Shown: one piece after another, positions 62,950-64,000 of the stretch
Position numbering within the stretch: the stretch's first letter is position 1
How the letters are laid out: each line of letters begins with the position of its first letter
Source: Phoronis australis
Lineage: Eukaryota > Animalia > Phoronida
Direction: 5' to 3'
Assembly: GCA_002633005.1 (NCBI GenBank)
Contig: NMRA01000042.1
Location: 1,278,878-1,342,877, forward strand
Length of the DNA stretch: 64,000 nucleotides
Position numbers and translations under genes: made by a program
Notes under the pieces: generated by a model
What the model saw: only the letters and a program-made list of their open reading frames with translations
Databases searched by the model: none
Told to the model about the DNA's origin: nothing

Positions 62950-63720
62950 GTTCCAGTCAACATTCTTCAAAGCTTCACATGGCGTTAGACAAGATGGTAT
63001 ACTATTGGGCAACCTTTTCAATGTGGACATGGTTGGACTTATATCACTTTTGAGTGACTATAATTGTCTGTGCAGTCATATCTCCCGTGTACATCAATCA
63101 TGTCATGTATGCCGAAGATCTTATTCTGTTGTTACCCTCAGTTAATGGTATTTTTGAATTTCTTGCAGTATGTGGGAATTATGGTAAACCACATGAACTT
63201 GAATATCATTATCAAGGTTACTGTTATGTTTTGAAAGTAGATTGTTAGGAACTTCTGTATTGCACAACTTATATTAACGTGGTGATCCTTTAGAGATTGT
63301 ACAAGAGATTGAACATTTGGTGATATTATGATTAGTTTCACTATGTATGGCTGTAACATCTCACGAAGACGGAAAAAAGCTATATATCCAAGCCTACTCT
63401 ATAACTAAAAAATTCCATATGTGTAGTCTCCCTGTCAAAATCAGTTGCGTATCTCTTTCTGTGCTCCAATGCATACTGCCCATCGGCCGATGGAATTTCG
63501 TTATGTGATCAAGCGTTTCATAGGTTTTTCTAAATTTGAAACTACCAGTACCGTATGTATTTTTGATGCTCAGTGTTGTAGGTAGACTCTGCGCAAACAT
63601 ATTTACAGAATTCGATGTGATCTCGGAGATTTCTACTGTCATTGCATGAATGAATCCGATCTAAAGTTTTCTTCTAAAATCTGCATTCGTGCAGTTTGCA
63701 TTAGGGTTTATATTTTCAAA
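62950..63720 (+). mobile_element. Degenerate LINE reverse-transcriptase fragment
   Basis: FKASHGVRQDGILLGNLFNV corresponds to the GVRQGxxLSPxLFN motif, and INHVMYAEDLILL to a YADD-like motif in a shifted frame. Many disruptions. Confidence 0.8.
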
Positions 63721-64000
63721 TATTTTAGGTGAACTTTTGTAAAACTTACAATAAAGTTATATTTCAAGCGTTAGTTTCTTACGGTCAAATTTTACGTTGT
63801 ACTGTTACATGTATTCAAAGTATTTCAGCAATAACGTTTATCATATTACTTTACACCCATAAGTTTCTATGTAGAATTATCGAAGCAGTCGCAAGAGTAG
63901 ATGTGGCAATAAAGCATGCGTAAGATTGACTTGAGGTTCAGGGGTCTAGATGAAGTGACTGCCGTCGGAATGTTAAAACGTGGTTTGATTACAAAACAAT

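Overview
Eukaryotic (invertebrate metazoan-like), AT-rich genomic DNA with GT-AG introns, so most ORF-track entries are spurious. I rebuilt gene models by hand from splice sites and protein similarity recalled from memory. The left half is gene-dense and intact. It holds EBNA1BP2/EBP2 (+, 5' end outside the window), CFAP144/FAM183 (-), FZR1/Cdh1 (+, complete, 481 aa), SF3B5 (-) and a short, divergent single-DM-domain Dmrt gene (-, about 184 aa). Beyond about 31 kb the sequence becomes repeat-rich: LINE, L1/Tx1-like and Penelope relics, MITEs, Helentron-type HINEs carrying arrays of CTCF-like motifs, a 430-bp tandem array, a 1.5-kb duplication across an N, and a decayed multi-copy exon-like module. 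The most unusual structure is at 40.6-47.2 kb (-). There the first three coding exons of SNF8 (two of them damaged) sit directly upstream of, and co-oriented with, the last five intact exons of TTC4. Splicing SNF8 exon 1 onto the TTC4 exons would give an in-frame 206-aa chimera. No database searches were run, and the organism is not identified.
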